Shown here one piece after another: positions 14,862 to 24,721 of a stretch of 39,806 nucleotides of DNA (position 1 is its first letter; each line of letters starts with the position of its first letter). The notes under the pieces are model-generated. The model had not been told where the DNA came from. It did no database searches and saw only the letters and a program-made list of their open reading frames with translations. The translations under genes and the position numbers were made by a program. This stretch comes from a virus (Duplodnaviria; Caudoviricetes), in the IMG/VR virus record IMGVR_UViG_3300035002_000028, positions 1-39,806 of that record; one strand, written 5' to 3'.

Positions 14862-16802
14862 TTAGGTTCCGCTGGCAGTGATCTTCCAGTTCGTACCATC
14901 ACTCTTCAATCGTGCCCAAGCGCCATCGGTGGCTGGAAGAATGGACGTACCGGCCGCGCCGCCAACCTTCGGCACCACATTGCTTGAAGCGCTGTTCATC
15001 GCTTGCGCGACTTCGTTCATGCACCAGAGCACACGCCCCGGGTAGGCCGATGCCGCTGGCAGTGTGACGACGCACGTGGATGCCTTGTTGTTAATTACGT
15101 CGTTTTCCGTGTCGGCAACGGTGAAATCGGCCGTCTTTGAGACGGGCACGCCAGTGCCAAGCGAGCCATTGATGGTCACACGTTGGCCTGTGCCATAGGC
15201 ATTTAGCACGGCGGCACGGGCCGTCGCGCCAGATGGGGCCACTTCGAGAGCCACCCTGGTCGGAAGGGATGTCGAGCTCCAGTTACCGTCAGCATAGTAA
15301 ACAAGGGCTGCACCGTTTCGATCTGTCCCGTTATCGTTAGACCCCCCAATAAGAAAGCCAAGACGATCACCGCTGGAAGGAAGAGCCCCAGATGCATTGT
15401 TGTGATAGAGGGCAATACTGCCGCCGCCGTTAGGCGCAGTAAACATGGTTCTCAGCCGAACCTGAGCCTTAGCGCCAAGGTCACCCATCGCATCGATCAC
15501 AGAAGAAGATGGGCCACTGATGCTGATGTAGTTGGCGAGCCCCGCAATCGTGCCTCCGTTCGGGAAATACAGGCGCCCGAGGCGAACGTTGGTGCATCCA
15601 GTCAGGTCGAGTACCGCGCCGGTGCCGTAGAACACGAGATTGTCGAGGGTCACACCATCGACATCCGAGAGGTCGACGACGCCTGGTCCGAGAAACTGGC
15701 AGTCGCTGATCTTGATGTTGTCGCAGGTGGTCTCGGCGAGGATGTGAAAGTCGTTCTCCTCGAAGTAGCAGTCGGCGATGTGCAGACCAGAGATGTCAGC
15801 GCACCTGATACCGTTCGTGTTGAACTCGAAGTCGCAGCCGGTGATCAACCCGCCATGATGCATCGAGCCGTCTGCAACGATACTGATACCGCACTGGTTC
15901 GCACCGCCATGGTTGACGAACTTCGACCGGCTGATCACGCCACGGTTCATGGACGCCTTGGTCAAGTACAGCCCAGCGTTGCCGCACTCATTGAACTGGC
16001 AGCGGTCTACGAGGAACGAGTAGCAGTCGGACAGGTACGCCCCAAGGGTACCAATCTGGTAGAGCGACAGTCCGTCGAGGAGCAAATTGACAGCGAACTG
16101 GGCGCGAATGCCGGTTACGCTGCCAACATCGCCCCAGAGCTTGAAGTCCTTGAGCGAGACAAAACCCTGCTCAGTGGCAGGACCGGCGCCGACACTAATC
16201 GCCGAGCCGGCATAGTCGGTGCGAAGCTCCGGCTGACCTACACCAAGGAACGTGACTGGGTGGCTGCCATCGAGGGCGATCGCACTGCTGACCTGATAGT
16301 GAGCACTTGGCGCCGGAAACACCAGCCCGCCCCCCTCGACGGTGTCCGCTACGGCTACGGCATCCATGATGAACGGAGCATCGTCGGTCGTTCCGTCGCC
16401 CGTCGCTCCGTGGCTGACGACGTTGAGCCAGCCACCAGAGCCTGCGGCGAGCTCTTCGATTGCGGCCTGGACTGTGTTTGAGCCGATGCCAGCGGCAGGT
16501 GTGAAGGCGATATCGGCCGCGTGCAGGCTGTCTTTTTCCTGCAGTAGACCATTGCTTTTGTAGCGCAGCACCCGGCTCACCAGGCCAGAAGTGAGCGTGA
16601 TCTTGTATGCGCCGCCAGCTACGAAGAAACTGACCTTTCCATCGGCGAAGTCCTGCGGGTTGCTGTAAGGCGTCGAGGCTGCCCGGTCTGAATAGATTGA
16701 GACCAGCCCACCACCCTCCAGTTCCACCCGGGCCGAAACGTTCGGCATCAGGGCACCTGTGCTTTCATCAGTCACATCAAACTGGACGTGCGCGAGGGCC
16801 AT
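14862..16802 (-). CDS. Tailspike / receptor-binding protein with pectin-lyase-like beta-helix
   Basis: NVVSHGATGDGTTDDA motif and repeated I..C.F..N rungs. Last gene of the tail module. Confidence 0.85.
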   Translation of the reverse strand: MALAHVQFDVTDESTGALMPNVSARVELEGGGLVSIYSDRAASTPYSNPQDFADGKVSFFVAGGAYKITLTSGLVSRVLRYKSNGLLQEKDSLHAADIAFTPAAGIGSNTVQAAIEELAAGSGGWLNVVSHGATGDGTTDDAPFIMDAVAVADTVEGGGLVFPAPSAHYQVSSAIALDGSHPVTFLGVGQPELRTDYAGSAISVGAGPATEQGFVSLKDFKLWGDVGSVTGIRAQFAVNLLLDGLSLYQIGTLGAYLSDCYSFLVDRCQFNECGNAGLYLTKASMNRGVISRSKFVNHGGANQCGISIVADGSMHHGGLITGCDFEFNTNGIRCADISGLHIADCYFEENDFHILAETTCDNIKISDCQFLGPGVVDLSDVDGVTLDNLVFYGTGAVLDLTGCTNVRLGRLYFPNGGTIAGLANYISISGPSSSVIDAMGDLGAKAQVRLRTMFTAPNGGGSIALYHNNASGALPSSGDRLGFLIGGSNDNGTDRNGAALVYYADGNWSSTSLPTRVALEVAPSGATARAAVLNAYGTGQRVTINGSLGTGVPVSKTADFTVADTENDVINNKASTCVVTLPAASAYPGRVLWCMNEVAQAMNSASSNVVPKVGGAAGTSILPATDGAWARLKSDGTNWKITASGT

Positions 16803-16842
16803 TCAGATCATTCTCCGATGAGTTGTTGGGAAGCGCAGAGTG

Positions 16843-19353
16843 CTAGTTGGTCTGGGCGCCACGGATGTCGCCGGCGCCAGTCTTGGCGACGTAGGTCACC
16901 CCATCGATAGCGCCACCCGCTGCGCCGCCAGCGCCGGACGCGGCGCCACCACTTCCAGTCGCGGCAGCGCCGGCCAAGCCTGGCCCCCCACCTGTGCCGC
17001 CGTTGAAACCCCAAATGCCGGAGCTTCCCATCCCACCCGCTTCATTCGTTCCCGGTTGCGGGGCGGTGTAGCTGGTTGGCGGGTTGGCGGCAGGGTCGTT
17101 GGCGCCGGCCGCACCGGGCAACGATCCCGCGCCGCCGCCACCCGCATGGCCGTAGTAGAAGGGCGCCTGGCTATTCGATCCTCCTCCGCCCCCGCCGCCC
17201 CATGCCTCTGCGTCGCCGGCATCGAGGAACAGATTTATGGCGTAGCGAGTGTAGATTGCCTGCCCACCAGCGCCGCCGGCAACGCCACCCGCCGCCCCCA
17301 CAGCTACCGAGGCGCCGTTACCTCCTCTGCCTTGAATGCGGCCGCGCAGGTATAGGTTGATGATCACGGTGTGGATGGTCAGGGCAGTGCTGGTGCCGGA
17401 GCCAGAAGACGCGTTGGCGGTCAACGTGATCGAGGTGTTCGGCACGATCGAAAGAATTTTGGCTCCGGTCGGGATGCCCGTACCGAACACCCGCTGGCCG
17501 ATGGCCAAGCCCGTGGTATCGGCAATGCCGGTGAGCGTCGGGCTGCCACTGGTGCGATTGCCTGTCTTCGCCAATGTCGGCCAGTTGCCAACGGTCATCG
17601 CTGCGACAGAGGTCGAGTTCGACCCGATTATGACCCCTTCATTGACGTAGAAGTTCACCGTGTCGCCGTGCGCTGCCGACGGGAACAAGTCCTCAAACCG
17701 CGTCAGCAGGTCGATGTTCAGTTCGTTGGCGTCGAAGATAACTGTCGGCGTGCCTTCGCCCTCGTCATACGCGCTGTTGAACAGCACTTCGGTTGCCTCG
17801 ACTTCCCACAGGCCTGCCCCCGAATTTAGCCGTGTGATCTGAGCCGGGACGTTCTCATAGGCACCTGTAAGGTCTTGCATTGGCATCCCGAGCAGTCGAC
17901 AGCCCTCGCCGAGGGTCGGCGTCTCGGCGCCGCGACGGAACAGGCTGAAAGTGAAGTGCCGAGGAGCATTGACGTACCGGCCAAGCTGGATCTGGTTCGC
18001 GCGCTCGGCGATGGTGAGGCCACCTGACGGAATCCAACGGCTGAAAATCTTCTTAATGGCCGGCTGGCCGTAGTTCTCCTCGGCGTCGAGGTCGACGAGG
18101 CGCGCGCTCGAGCGATAGCTCGAAGGATCATCCAGCGGCAGCAGAGGTGTCTTAAGACCAAAAAAGGTCCAGACCTGGGAAATGCGCTTCTCCGGTTGCT
18201 CTCGAACCCGCAGCGACTGAGCGACGATGTTGCTGTCGTCGAACCGCTCCGCATCCGTGGCGATGTTGCGCAGCACCTGCAGGCGAATGATGTTCTCGAC
18301 GTCATCGGGCCAGATGGCGAGGCCGCACTGCACGATGAGCTCGGACACCAGCTTGTTGACCGACGTTGGCTCAGCGATGCAGGCAGAGACCAGTCTGCGA
18401 TAATAGGCACCCGTCTCGGCCTGCCAGTTGGCCAGCGGGATAGCGCTCGATGGAATCGAAGCGTAGTTTTGGAACAGGTCCGCGACTACGTCTGCGGGGT
18501 CATCTGCATCGTAGATCAGGCAGACCTGGCAGCGGTCGCCTGCCTTGTGGTCGGTCGCCCCCGTGCCAAACTGCGCGCGCGTGATTGTCAGTGTGTCGGC
18601 GGAACGCGTGAAGGCGACGATTTCCTTGCCGCCGATGTTGAGGTAGCCGGAGGCCGGATAGCCGCTGTTGCCGATGCCTGCCGGCGTCAGAACAGCGGAG
18701 GTCACTGCACTGTTGATATCTGTGCTCAGCGACCCTCGAGACAGGAGCGGCGCCTGCGCGCGATCAGCATCGGCGAGCTTCAGCACGTCCTTGGCGGTGA
18801 TCGTAAACATGCCGTCGAGGCCAGGACCGTCGAAGCTCTCGATCAGGAAGTGCCGAGTGTCCATTTCTGCAAGGAGCTGCCCCTTCACGCCTTGGATAAG
18901 GCGCATCGGCCGCCCCCGGAGAAACCTCTGGCGGCTGCGGAACTTGCCCCAGAAGGTTCCCTGCGCATATGGGTTGTATCCGCGATCGTCGAGGTACTTG
19001 TCGCCGGCCTGCCCGGTGTCGCTATGCCGGTGATCCTTGAACGTCACGGTCAGTGACGAGCGCTGCCCCAGGTTCTCGCCAAGCGAAATGATCGTCGGCG
19101 AGTAGCTGATGCTCTCGATGCTGGCCGCATCGACCTCGATGTCGAGCGGTCGGAAGGACGATGCCACGGCAAAGCGCAGCGTCACCGGTGCGTTGGTGAA
19201 GTTGTTCAGGTCCTGGCAGGATGAGCGAGTGTTGAAGCACTTGGCCGTGCCGGTGCCAGGGATCGACGCGGTGCAAGGCGCGACGCCATAGGTCAGCGAG
19301 CAATAGTCGACATCGATCTCGACATAGGTCAGCTCGTAGTTGGGCTCGCTCAC
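16843..19353 (-). CDS. Tail tip / hub protein with Cys-rich N-terminus and Gly-rich C-terminus
   Basis: 836 aa; position after the TMP and distal tail gene; GGGGGGG-type repeats. Confidence 0.75.
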   Translation of the reverse strand: MSEPNYELTYVEIDVDYCSLTYGVAPCTASIPGTGTAKCFNTRSSCQDLNNFTNAPVTLRFAVASSFRPLDIEVDAASIESISYSPTIISLGENLGQRSSLTVTFKDHRHSDTGQAGDKYLDDRGYNPYAQGTFWGKFRSRQRFLRGRPMRLIQGVKGQLLAEMDTRHFLIESFDGPGLDGMFTITAKDVLKLADADRAQAPLLSRGSLSTDINSAVTSAVLTPAGIGNSGYPASGYLNIGGKEIVAFTRSADTLTITRAQFGTGATDHKAGDRCQVCLIYDADDPADVVADLFQNYASIPSSAIPLANWQAETGAYYRRLVSACIAEPTSVNKLVSELIVQCGLAIWPDDVENIIRLQVLRNIATDAERFDDSNIVAQSLRVREQPEKRISQVWTFFGLKTPLLPLDDPSSYRSSARLVDLDAEENYGQPAIKKIFSRWIPSGGLTIAERANQIQLGRYVNAPRHFTFSLFRRGAETPTLGEGCRLLGMPMQDLTGAYENVPAQITRLNSGAGLWEVEATEVLFNSAYDEGEGTPTVIFDANELNIDLLTRFEDLFPSAAHGDTVNFYVNEGVIIGSNSTSVAAMTVGNWPTLAKTGNRTSGSPTLTGIADTTGLAIGQRVFGTGIPTGAKILSIVPNTSITLTANASSGSGTSTALTIHTVIINLYLRGRIQGRGGNGASVAVGAAGGVAGGAGGQAIYTRYAINLFLDAGDAEAWGGGGGGGSNSQAPFYYGHAGGGGAGSLPGAAGANDPAANPPTSYTAPQPGTNEAGGMGSSGIWGFNGGTGGGPGLAGAAATGSGGAASGAGGAAGGAIDGVTYVAKTGAGDIRGAQTN

Positions 19354-20177
19354 AGAAGAAGCCCTTCCATCTGCATGGTGACGTCGATGTAGCCCGGCAT
19401 ATCCGGTACCGGCACCGGGTCATTGGTCAGCCAGACGTAGCCCACCTCCGACGGATACCGTTCCGGGCTCCACGCCCAGAAGAACGGGCCATCCGCGACC
19501 ACATCGAAGAACGGGTCGAGGGTCGAGCGATACCACTCCGCTGACAGCTTGCTGATCGTCACCGAACTGCCGAGCCCGCCGCCGGATATGACCCTCCCCA
19601 GGTACTCCCCCGACTGGCTGCGCGGGCTGTAGACATCGCGCCGGCGCCCGTACGGGATTGGGGTGTGCCCCGGCTGCACACCGCGCTCGAACACGAGCAG
19701 CTTGCCGACGTAGAGCACGGCGGCTTGAGGTTGAACCGAGCCTGGTTCCAGCTTGAGCCTGACGCCAATGAGGCCAGTCGGAACGAAGCGCCAGAGCGCC
19801 GGCCAGTCGTTGCCCAGCATGTTGGCCTCGACCAGCTCATCCCAGTCGCCATCGGTTGCCGGGTTCCCGCCATAAGGCAGGCCCTGCACTGTCACCGCCA
19901 CCTGGCCGGAGCCGAAGTTGTGGCGCGCCACCGCGATGTAATCAACCTCGACCTCGGCGCCGAACAGCACGGTAACGTACTGGTCGGCCGTGCTACCCGA
20001 CTTCCACACCAGGTTGGTGGCGGGGTTGGCGAGGTTGGTCGCCGGAAAGCTCGCGTTCGCCTGGCTAGTCGTCAGCGTGTCGACGGTGGCGAGGTTGTGA
20101 TAACCGGCGATCGGGAAATCCGCATTCTCGGCAGCGAGCTGCGAGAGCGCAAAGGCGCCGGAGACGACGATACCCAT
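19350..20177 (-). CDS. Distal tail / minor tail protein
   Basis: Directly follows the TMP (TGATG overlap); beta-rich. Confidence 0.7.
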   Translation of the reverse strand: MGIVVSGAFALSQLAAENADFPIAGYHNLATVDTLTTSQANASFPATNLANPATNLVWKSGSTADQYVTVLFGAEVEVDYIAVARHNFGSGQVAVTVQGLPYGGNPATDGDWDELVEANMLGNDWPALWRFVPTGLIGVRLKLEPGSVQPQAAVLYVGKLLVFERGVQPGHTPIPYGRRRDVYSPRSQSGEYLGRVISGGGLGSSVTISKLSAEWYRSTLDPFFDVVADGPFFWAWSPERYPSEVGYVWLTNDPVPVPDMPGYIDVTMQMEGLLL

Positions 20178-22054
20178 CAGGCCCCCACCACGTTGAGCTT
20201 CATGCCGTCGCCCATGGCGTCGTTCATGTCGCGGAACAGCGCTTCGAGCTCGTCGCGGCTGTAGCGGCCACCACCTTTGAGCGTGAGGTTGATGGTGGGT
20301 CCGCCACCGTCGGAGCCCGGAGCATCGACGGCCGGGGCCGAAGTCGCCGGGGTGCTGCCCTTGACCGATGGTTTTGAGGTGCTGCCCTTGGTGGTGCTCA
20401 GGATCGTACTGATCTGCGCGGCGCCGGCCGCAGCAACAGCGGCCGCGCCGACGAAGCCGAAGATGCCGCCCTGCGCCAGCGCCTTGGTAATGCCCTGCGC
20501 GGTGTTGACGATTGCCTCGGCAACGCCGAAGGCCTTCGCCGCAACCAAGCCTTTCTCGCCGAAGTTCTCGGCGATCGTGGCAAGCGAGCCGAAGATGCCG
20601 GCAACATTGCCGACCAGTTGCTCGCGCAGCCGGGTCTCTTCCTCGACCTGCTTCTTGGCGATCTCGGTCATCCGGTCGGCGTGCTGCTGCTGGGCCGACT
20701 CGATGAGCGAGTCCTGCTCCTGCTTCGAGATCGCTCCCTGCGCGTAGAAGTTCTGGATCTCCGCCAGCCGCTTGGCGTGGCTGTCCATCTCCATCTGCTC
20801 TTCTGTCATCAGCGACTGGCGCAACGCCTCGAGGCGGGAGGCTGTCGCCTGGGCTGCGGCTGTGTCGTTGAAAGTCGGCATCGTGAAGCTCGGCGGAGCC
20901 CCCACGCCGCCAACCGCCGCAGCGCCTCCGGCCACGGCCTGCTGGTTTTCGCGTTCCTTGAGGATCGCAAGGATCTCGCGCTCCTGGCCGATCAGCGCGG
21001 TGATATCCTCCTTTGCCTTGGTGATCTGTGCCTCGAGAGCGCCGCGGTTGATCCCGAATAGATCATCGCCTCGGTCCAGCTTGGACTGGGTGGTGACGAT
21101 CAGGTTGTCGAGTTCGAGCTTGGCCAGGCCGATCTCTCGCAGCCGGCCGTTGAGCCCTTCCGAACTCATCCGCTCGACGGATCCAAGGGCGTCGGCGATC
21201 ATACGGATATTGTTGGCGGCGTTGGCCGCGCCCTCGGCGATCTTGACCAGCACGTCGATCACCGCCACGCCGAGGCTTTGCGCGCCCTGGGTGAACCGTG
21301 GCGATGCGAGGATGTCGGCGAGCGCCTGCAGCGACGGCAGCGCTGCCTCAGCGACCTTCATCGCTACGCCGTCAACGATCTTGCCGACCTTCGTCAGCGT
21401 GTCGTTGAACTGCTCGGCGGCAATGCCCGTCTTGGTGCTGATCGTCAGCCCGAGGCGGTCGGACTCGTCGGCCATCTGCCGCAAGCCGTCGCGGCCGCTA
21501 TTCAGCAGCGGGATCAGTTCGGCGCCGGAACGGCCGAACAACTGGATGGCGAGCGCGGTCTTGGTGCTGCCGTCCTCAAGGATGGAGAACTTCTCCGCAA
21601 TGTCTGCAAATACCACGTCGGAACCGCGTAGCTTGCCGGACACATCCTCGACACTGATGCCGAGCGCCGACAGTGCCGTGGCCGCCGAGCCACCCTTGCC
21701 GCTGGCGACATCGGCCATGTTCTTCGAGAGCTTCTGCAAGCCACCCGACAGGGTTTCCAGCGACACATCCGAGAAGTCGGCGGCATACTTGAGCCGCGAC
21801 AGCGCCTCGGTCGTAACGCCGGCCTTCTGCGCGGCCTTGCTGAGGTCGTCTGCCGCATCGATCGCGCTCTTGCCGGCGAACGCGAGTGCCGTACCGGCGG
21901 CAACGGCCGCTGTTGCAGCGGCCGCTAACCCGGCAGCGGCCGCCTTGCCGAACCCCGCGAGGCCGCTCTGCGCCCTCTTCAGGCCGGCCGAGAACTCGGC
22001 GCTATCAAGGCCGAGGTTGACCCGCAGCGCGCCGATGACGGAGTTGCCTGCCAT
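20177..22054 (-). CDS. Tape measure protein (625 aa)
   Basis: IGALRVNLGLDSAEF N-terminus, Ala/Gly-rich helical sequence, LFGRSGAELIPLLN motif, position after the chaperones. Confidence 0.92.
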   Translation of the reverse strand: MAGNSVIGALRVNLGLDSAEFSAGLKRAQSGLAGFGKAAAAGLAAAATAAVAAGTALAFAGKSAIDAADDLSKAAQKAGVTTEALSRLKYAADFSDVSLETLSGGLQKLSKNMADVASGKGGSAATALSALGISVEDVSGKLRGSDVVFADIAEKFSILEDGSTKTALAIQLFGRSGAELIPLLNSGRDGLRQMADESDRLGLTISTKTGIAAEQFNDTLTKVGKIVDGVAMKVAEAALPSLQALADILASPRFTQGAQSLGVAVIDVLVKIAEGAANAANNIRMIADALGSVERMSSEGLNGRLREIGLAKLELDNLIVTTQSKLDRGDDLFGINRGALEAQITKAKEDITALIGQEREILAILKERENQQAVAGGAAAVGGVGAPPSFTMPTFNDTAAAQATASRLEALRQSLMTEEQMEMDSHAKRLAEIQNFYAQGAISKQEQDSLIESAQQQHADRMTEIAKKQVEEETRLREQLVGNVAGIFGSLATIAENFGEKGLVAAKAFGVAEAIVNTAQGITKALAQGGIFGFVGAAAVAAAGAAQISTILSTTKGSTSKPSVKGSTPATSAPAVDAPGSDGGGPTINLTLKGGGRYSRDELEALFRDMNDAMGDGMKLNVVGA

Positions 22055-22082
22055 GATTCACCACGTTGTCGGCAAGGCGGCG

Positions 22083-22421
22083 TCAGCGGCGCTTTCGCCC
22101 CGCCAACCACTGCTTTGCGATTGCGATCTGCTGTTCGGGTGTCTGCTGCTGCCGCCTGCCGGGCGACTGTGATGCCGGCCGCTCTGCCGGCACGAAGTCC
22201 CTGAAGCTCGGGAACTTCTTTACGTTAGGCAGCGCGGCAGCATGCCAGGTGTGCCAGCGACGGGTGCGCTCGTCGCGAAGCTGGCGGGCCTCGGCAACCT
22301 CAAGGTCGAGCGCGATTTCCCGGAGGGTGCTGGCCCAGAAGGCGGGCCGCGTGCCGCCCGTCTCCTCCATCCAATAGCGGAGGAGGCTCAGCCAACCTTT
22401 CGGCTGGCCTTCGGAGGGTTT
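22083..22421 (-). CDS. Tail assembly chaperone, frameshifted (gpGT-like) C-terminal part
   Basis: The -1 frame is open from the slippery site A-AAC-CCT through WLSLLRYW...FW..TLREI. No SD before the internal ATG 22370. Confidence 0.7.
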   Translation of the reverse strand, partial: KPSEGQPKGWLSLLRYWMEETGGTRPAFWASTLREIALDLEVAEARQLRDERTRRWHTWHAAALPNVKKFPSFRDFVPAERPASQSPGRRQQQTPEQQIAIAKQWLAGRKRR

Positions 22422-22750
22422 TCGCGCTTTGCACCGTCAGCGACTGCTTCGGGGAACGCGGCCTGCATCGCCTCGCCGACGACATCGACAATGGTGTTGA
22501 TGCCCGCCCGGCCCATGATTTCGCCGGCTTCCTCGAGCGAAACCTTGTGGAACTCACGAAGCGAGCCCCACAGCAACACACGCCAGGTGCCGATACGAAA
22601 GTCTTTCGGGTTCCGCACCATGGCGGCGATGTCGTTGATGCCCTTGTCGAGCAGATCCTCGATCTCCGCGACGGCGTTGAGGCTCATGCGCAGCGTAAAG
22701 GTCTCGTCGCCTATGACGAGAGCAACCTCGCCGCGTTCCTTGTTGGCCAT
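22388..22750 (-). CDS. Tail assembly chaperone (gpG-like, GTA-gp10-like)
   Basis: MAN..RGEV.L...TLR....A.AEIE and AAFP motifs; lies between the tail tube and TMP genes. Confidence 0.85.
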   Translation of the reverse strand: MANKERGEVALVIGDETFTLRMSLNAVAEIEDLLDKGINDIAAMVRNPKDFRIGTWRVLLWGSLREFHKVSLEEAGEIMGRAGINTIVDVVGEAMQAAFPEAVADGAKRENPPKASRKVG

Positions 22751-22761
22751 CGGCTACCCCC

Positions 22762-23475
22762 TTACGCCGCGATGATCGGGCCGACGGGCAGCGAATAGAC
22801 TGTGGCTCCGGCGCCAGCTGCGTTCGTCGGGGTGACGCCGACGCGCAGGAAGTCGGCAATATCGCCCACCACCGGCACATACGTCTTGCTGGTGCCGCCG
22901 ACGGAGACGTTGGCAAAGGTGCCGTTGCCGGAGGCATCGTGCTGCCACTGGTAAGTGAAGCTGCCCGGGGCGCCGGTATAGTCCCCTTCGACGGCCGTGA
23001 GCGTGACCCCCACCTGGACGGAGGCCCCTACGATCGACGGCTTGACCAGGTTGCTCGGAACCGATGCCGAGCCCCAGGTCTCCTCGCCGGAAACGGCAAC
23101 AGTGATAGTCGCAGTCATGCGGTCGTCGATGGGCAGCGCCTTCGTGAAGCCGGTGATCGCGGCGTCGTAGGTTACCGTCACGCCATTGGGGAAGGTGATG
23201 CGGTGCTCGACCACGGCGCCGGAGCTGAGCAGCCCGCGGATCAGCGTGTCGGTCGAGTTGCCCGGCACCCAGTTGATCTCGAACGAGGCCTCGCCGCTGT
23301 CGATCATGCCGGCGATGTATTCGCGGCGCCGGCCGGGCGACTGCATATGCGTGGCTTCGACGCGATCGGTCGTTGCCTCGCCGGGGGTGATGACGGTGAC
23401 CTCGCCGACGGCCACGAAGTTGCCGCCGCTGTAGATCTCATACGTGCTGTTATAGCCGATCGTGACGTCGGTCAT
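22762..23475 (-). CDS. Major tail tube protein with C-terminal Ig-like extension
   Basis: VEATHMQSPGRRREYIAGMIDSGE and ITFPNG motifs. The last ~100 aa (P.I.G...VG.TLT...YQWQ...Y.PV..D) look Ig-like. Confidence 0.88.
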   Translation of the reverse strand: MTDVTIGYNSTYEIYSGGNFVAVGEVTVITPGEATTDRVEATHMQSPGRRREYIAGMIDSGEASFEINWVPGNSTDTLIRGLLSSGAVVEHRITFPNGVTVTYDAAITGFTKALPIDDRMTATITVAVSGEETWGSASVPSNLVKPSIVGASVQVGVTLTAVEGDYTGAPGSFTYQWQHDASGNGTFANVSVGGTSKTYVPVVGDIADFLRVGVTPTNAAGAGATVYSLPVGPIIAA

Positions 23476-23502
23476 GGGTGGTCTCCGATGCTGTGGGGTG
23501 GA

Positions 23503-23919
23503 TCACGCCGCCTTCGACCAGACGTCGAAATCGAGCGAGGTGGTGTAGTACTCAACGCTGCCGGGCTTCTCGAACTGAACGCCGCGGTCACTGCGAAGCT
23601 GGATGAGCTGGAACTCGGTCGCGCCGACGATTCCTCGGAAGGGGTGCAGCAGCGACATCAACACGTCGCGGACCTGCAGCACCTTCTTGTATCCGGATAC
23701 GCCGGCGGCATCTGTTGCTCGCACATCGATCTGCATCAGCGTGCTGCTGAGCCCATCGCTGCCCTGCATGTGGAGGCCCGTCGCGCCATCGATCTTGGTG
23801 TACCGAAGGCATGGGTTGCCGGTTGCCTGGGTGTACTGGACCGGAGTGATGCGGGTCGCCGGGATCAGCGCGGTGAGAAGGGCGTGGCCGGTGAGGATGG
23901 CGTAAAAGTCCTGTTCCAT
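23503..23919 (-). CDS. Tail terminator/completion protein (DUF3168-like)
   Basis: QIDV.A motif, size and position. Confidence 0.8.
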   Translation of the reverse strand: MEQDFYAILTGHALLTALIPATRITPVQYTQATGNPCLRYTKIDGATGLHMQGSDGLSSTLMQIDVRATDAAGVSGYKKVLQVRDVLMSLLHPFRGIVGATEFQLIQLRSDRGVQFEKPGSVEYYTTSLDFDVWSKAA

Positions 23920-24395
23920 TACGCCCTCGCTGCCTTCGCCGCGCGGCGCTTGGCGATGCGTGCGGCCGTCTTCTCAATCTCTGGCCCGAGCTCGTCGGCG
24001 ACGATCTTCAGCGCACCGTCTTTCTCGGCGTCCCACGCCGGCCGAATGAACGGTTGCGGCCCATGGTTCACGGTGCCGAACTCCTGAGGTACGCCGGCTG
24101 GGTCGGCGGTGCCCATGTATCGGGTGACCGTCGCCTTATCCTGGTCCTTGCGGGCGAGCGCCGCCTGTCGCTTGGTGAGCTTACCGCCGACAGTGATCGA
24201 AGCCTTCAGGTCGTTGCCGCTGGTCGCCGGATCATCGGGCGCCATTTGTCGGGCCGCTTCGGCCATCGGCTGCAGTGCCTTGTCGGCAACGCGGCGAAGA
24301 ACTGCCTTGCCAGCTGCCTTCCCGTACTCTTCGGCGAGGTCACCGAGCGCGGCGTCCAGCGCGGAGAGTCCCTCCACTCTGACGACGGTTTTCAT
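23919..24395 (-). CDS. HK97 gp10-like tail component
   Basis: V.VEGL..L...L N-terminus and EFGT....PQPFIRPAWD motif. Confidence 0.88.
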   Translation of the reverse strand: MKTVVRVEGLSALDAALGDLAEEYGKAAGKAVLRRVADKALQPMAEAARQMAPDDPATSGNDLKASITVGGKLTKRQAALARKDQDKATVTRYMGTADPAGVPQEFGTVNHGPQPFIRPAWDAEKDGALKIVADELGPEIEKTAARIAKRRAAKAARA

Positions 24396-24721
24396 TCGTC
24401 CGCCCGGGCCGCTGCGGTAATCTCCAGTCCCTCGCGCCGGCCCAATTCTTTGACCCCGAAGATATCGAACAGCCTACCCTCGAACGACACTCGATCCTTC
24501 GGGTTCAGGTCGGCCCAGGCACCGTCGTACCGGATCTGGAACCGCGTCGTGATTGTCGCCGACACTTCGGCGGCAGCAACGCGCTCGCCGTCCGAGACAT
24601 CGCGCTTGCTGGCCCACACAGTGGCGACGTCGGTCCACGCCTGCACCAGCGCGCCGTATTCGTCCTGCGTCCAAGTGAACCGCTGCAGGGTGATCTTGCG
24701 GTCGAGGCGTTCCGGCTTCAT
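24392..24721 (-). CDS. Head closure / head-tail adaptor (SPP1 gp16-like)
   Basis: LDRKITLQR, W.DVATVWA, F.IRY and GRREGL motifs. TGATG overlap gives a start at 24721. Confidence 0.88.
   Translation of the reverse strand: MKPERLDRKITLQRFTWTQDEYGALVQAWTDVATVWASKRDVSDGERVAAAEVSATITTRFQIRYDGAWADLNPKDRVSFEGRLFDIFGVKELGRREGLEITAAARADE

Noticed and set aside
14862-19353. Diversity-generating retroelement or invertible tail-fibre cassette
   Set aside because: No reverse transcriptase, invertase, or template/variable repeat pair was seen.
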